From the NCBI GenBank assembly GCA_951406725.2, contig OX597819.1, positions 744,001 to 808,000 of the forward strand: 64,000 bases of DNA. Reading direction: 5' to 3'. The notes beneath the pieces are model-generated. The model was given only the letters and a program-made list of their open reading frames with translations. It was not told the origin of the DNA and made no database searches. The stretch comes from Octopus vulgaris. Lineage: Eukaryota. Position numbers and translations under genes: made by a program. The first letter of the stretch is position 1. Each line of letters begins with the position of its first letter. Positions 62,788 to 64,000 of the stretch are shown piece by piece.

Positions 62788-63377
62788 CTGATAAAAACAG
62801 AAGTAAATTCTAATATCATATAACAGTCCTGTACACAACAAAGGAAGTAGGACATTAAAAAAAAAATAGATAAAAATATCAAAGGAAATAAACCATAGGG
62901 AAACAGAAAATTGGTAAACATTTGTATCCAACACAAACTAAGTAATCAAGTAGTAAAACAATATTCAAAATAATTAGTACAGTGCTGCCACCACCACCAG
63001 TGCCAAATTTCCTTCCACTTCCATCACCAACAATAATAGCCATACCACATCATATGTTGATCATGGCTTCAAGCCCTCTCTTCGGGCATCAGAAAATCAA
63101 TAGTGAAATAAAAGAAAAAAACACTCAGTGCCTGATAAAACTTGCACCTAAACCACGGATGGATCTCTATAATATCTGCAACTAATCAGCTTAAACTGCC
63201 AAATGAAGCTGCAACCCCCAAACCCTTTATGTCATTTGGCACAGCCTCAAACATTTTAGAAAGATTTATTCTTGATACCACAAACACTCATCTTGGCATC
63301 ATCATCCTTGTCATCAACATTATCATTACCATTGCTGCTGCCACCAACATCACCTCCACCACTGCCACCACCACCAG

Positions 63378-64000
63378 ATGAGGCCAAATCAGGAGAATAG
63401 GGTGGGTGATCAACCAATTCAAAGCCACAGTCATGCACAGCATGAAGATTTGTGATGAAGAAATGAAGATTTGTGTGCTGGAGCATTGTCCTGATGAAAC
63501 AAAACTCTTTTGTCAGGTTTCCTGGGCATTTGGTCTTGATAGCCTTTCGTAACTGCCTCAGCGAGTTGGCATAGTATTCTCCATTGATAGTGAGACTCCA
63601 TTGATAGTGAGACTCTTTTGAAGATAGTCAATAAACACAATGCCTCTTACATCCCAAAACCTGAAGCTATCACCTTCCCTGCAGATGAGATGAACTGGCC
63701 TTCTTTGGATCTGATGAGGAATGATGTTTCTACTGCATGGATTGTTCTTAGTTTCTGGCTCAAAGTGATGAAACCAACACTCATACTGAGTTAGGAAACG
63801 TTCGAAGAAACCACCTGGATCTGCCTTAAACAACATCAGATTTTCCCATGATATGATCAGGTTGTTATGCTTTTGATCAGTTGTGAGATGTGGCACCCAT
63901 CAAACAGAAACCTTTGTCATGCCAAGTACACTGTGCAGAATATTCTCAACTCTCTCATGGGATATGTTAATACTATTGGCTATTTGATTTATTGCCAATC
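63378..64000 (-). mobile_element. Mariner transposon fragment (same family as 4578-5810)
   Basis: HHFEPETK, LFHQDNAPAH, DHPPYSPDLASS. Confidence 0.88.

Overview
AT-rich, microsatellite-dense metazoan DNA. The repeat landscape (tRNA-derived CORE and Nin/Deu SINEs, RTE LINEs, Tc1/mariner) points to a cephalopod, most likely Octopus; this is inference. Host genes: the first coding exon of a FEZ/UNC-76 gene (minus strand, 15778-16109) and two probable 3' exons of an unidentified minus-strand gene (62741-62787, 59264-59411). Three highlights. (1) A young, GC-rich 4.0-kb LTR retrotransposon (44491-48518) with DIRS-like RT/RNase H but a DDE-type integrase and a -1 frameshift signal. It has no canonical TGG primer-binding site; the 12 nt abutting the 5' LTR are exactly complementary to the 5' end of tRNA-Phe, suggesting priming by a 5' tRNA fragment. 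(2) A degraded Neptune-type Penelope-like element. (3) About a dozen minimal type-I hammerhead ribozyme motifs from several unrelated families, including two non-coding tandem arrays (491-bp and 470-bp units) resembling retrozymes, one with a 5' inversion and a 15-bp TSD. Most long ORFs in the track are microsatellite or VNTR artefacts. Coordinates of decayed repeats are approximate.
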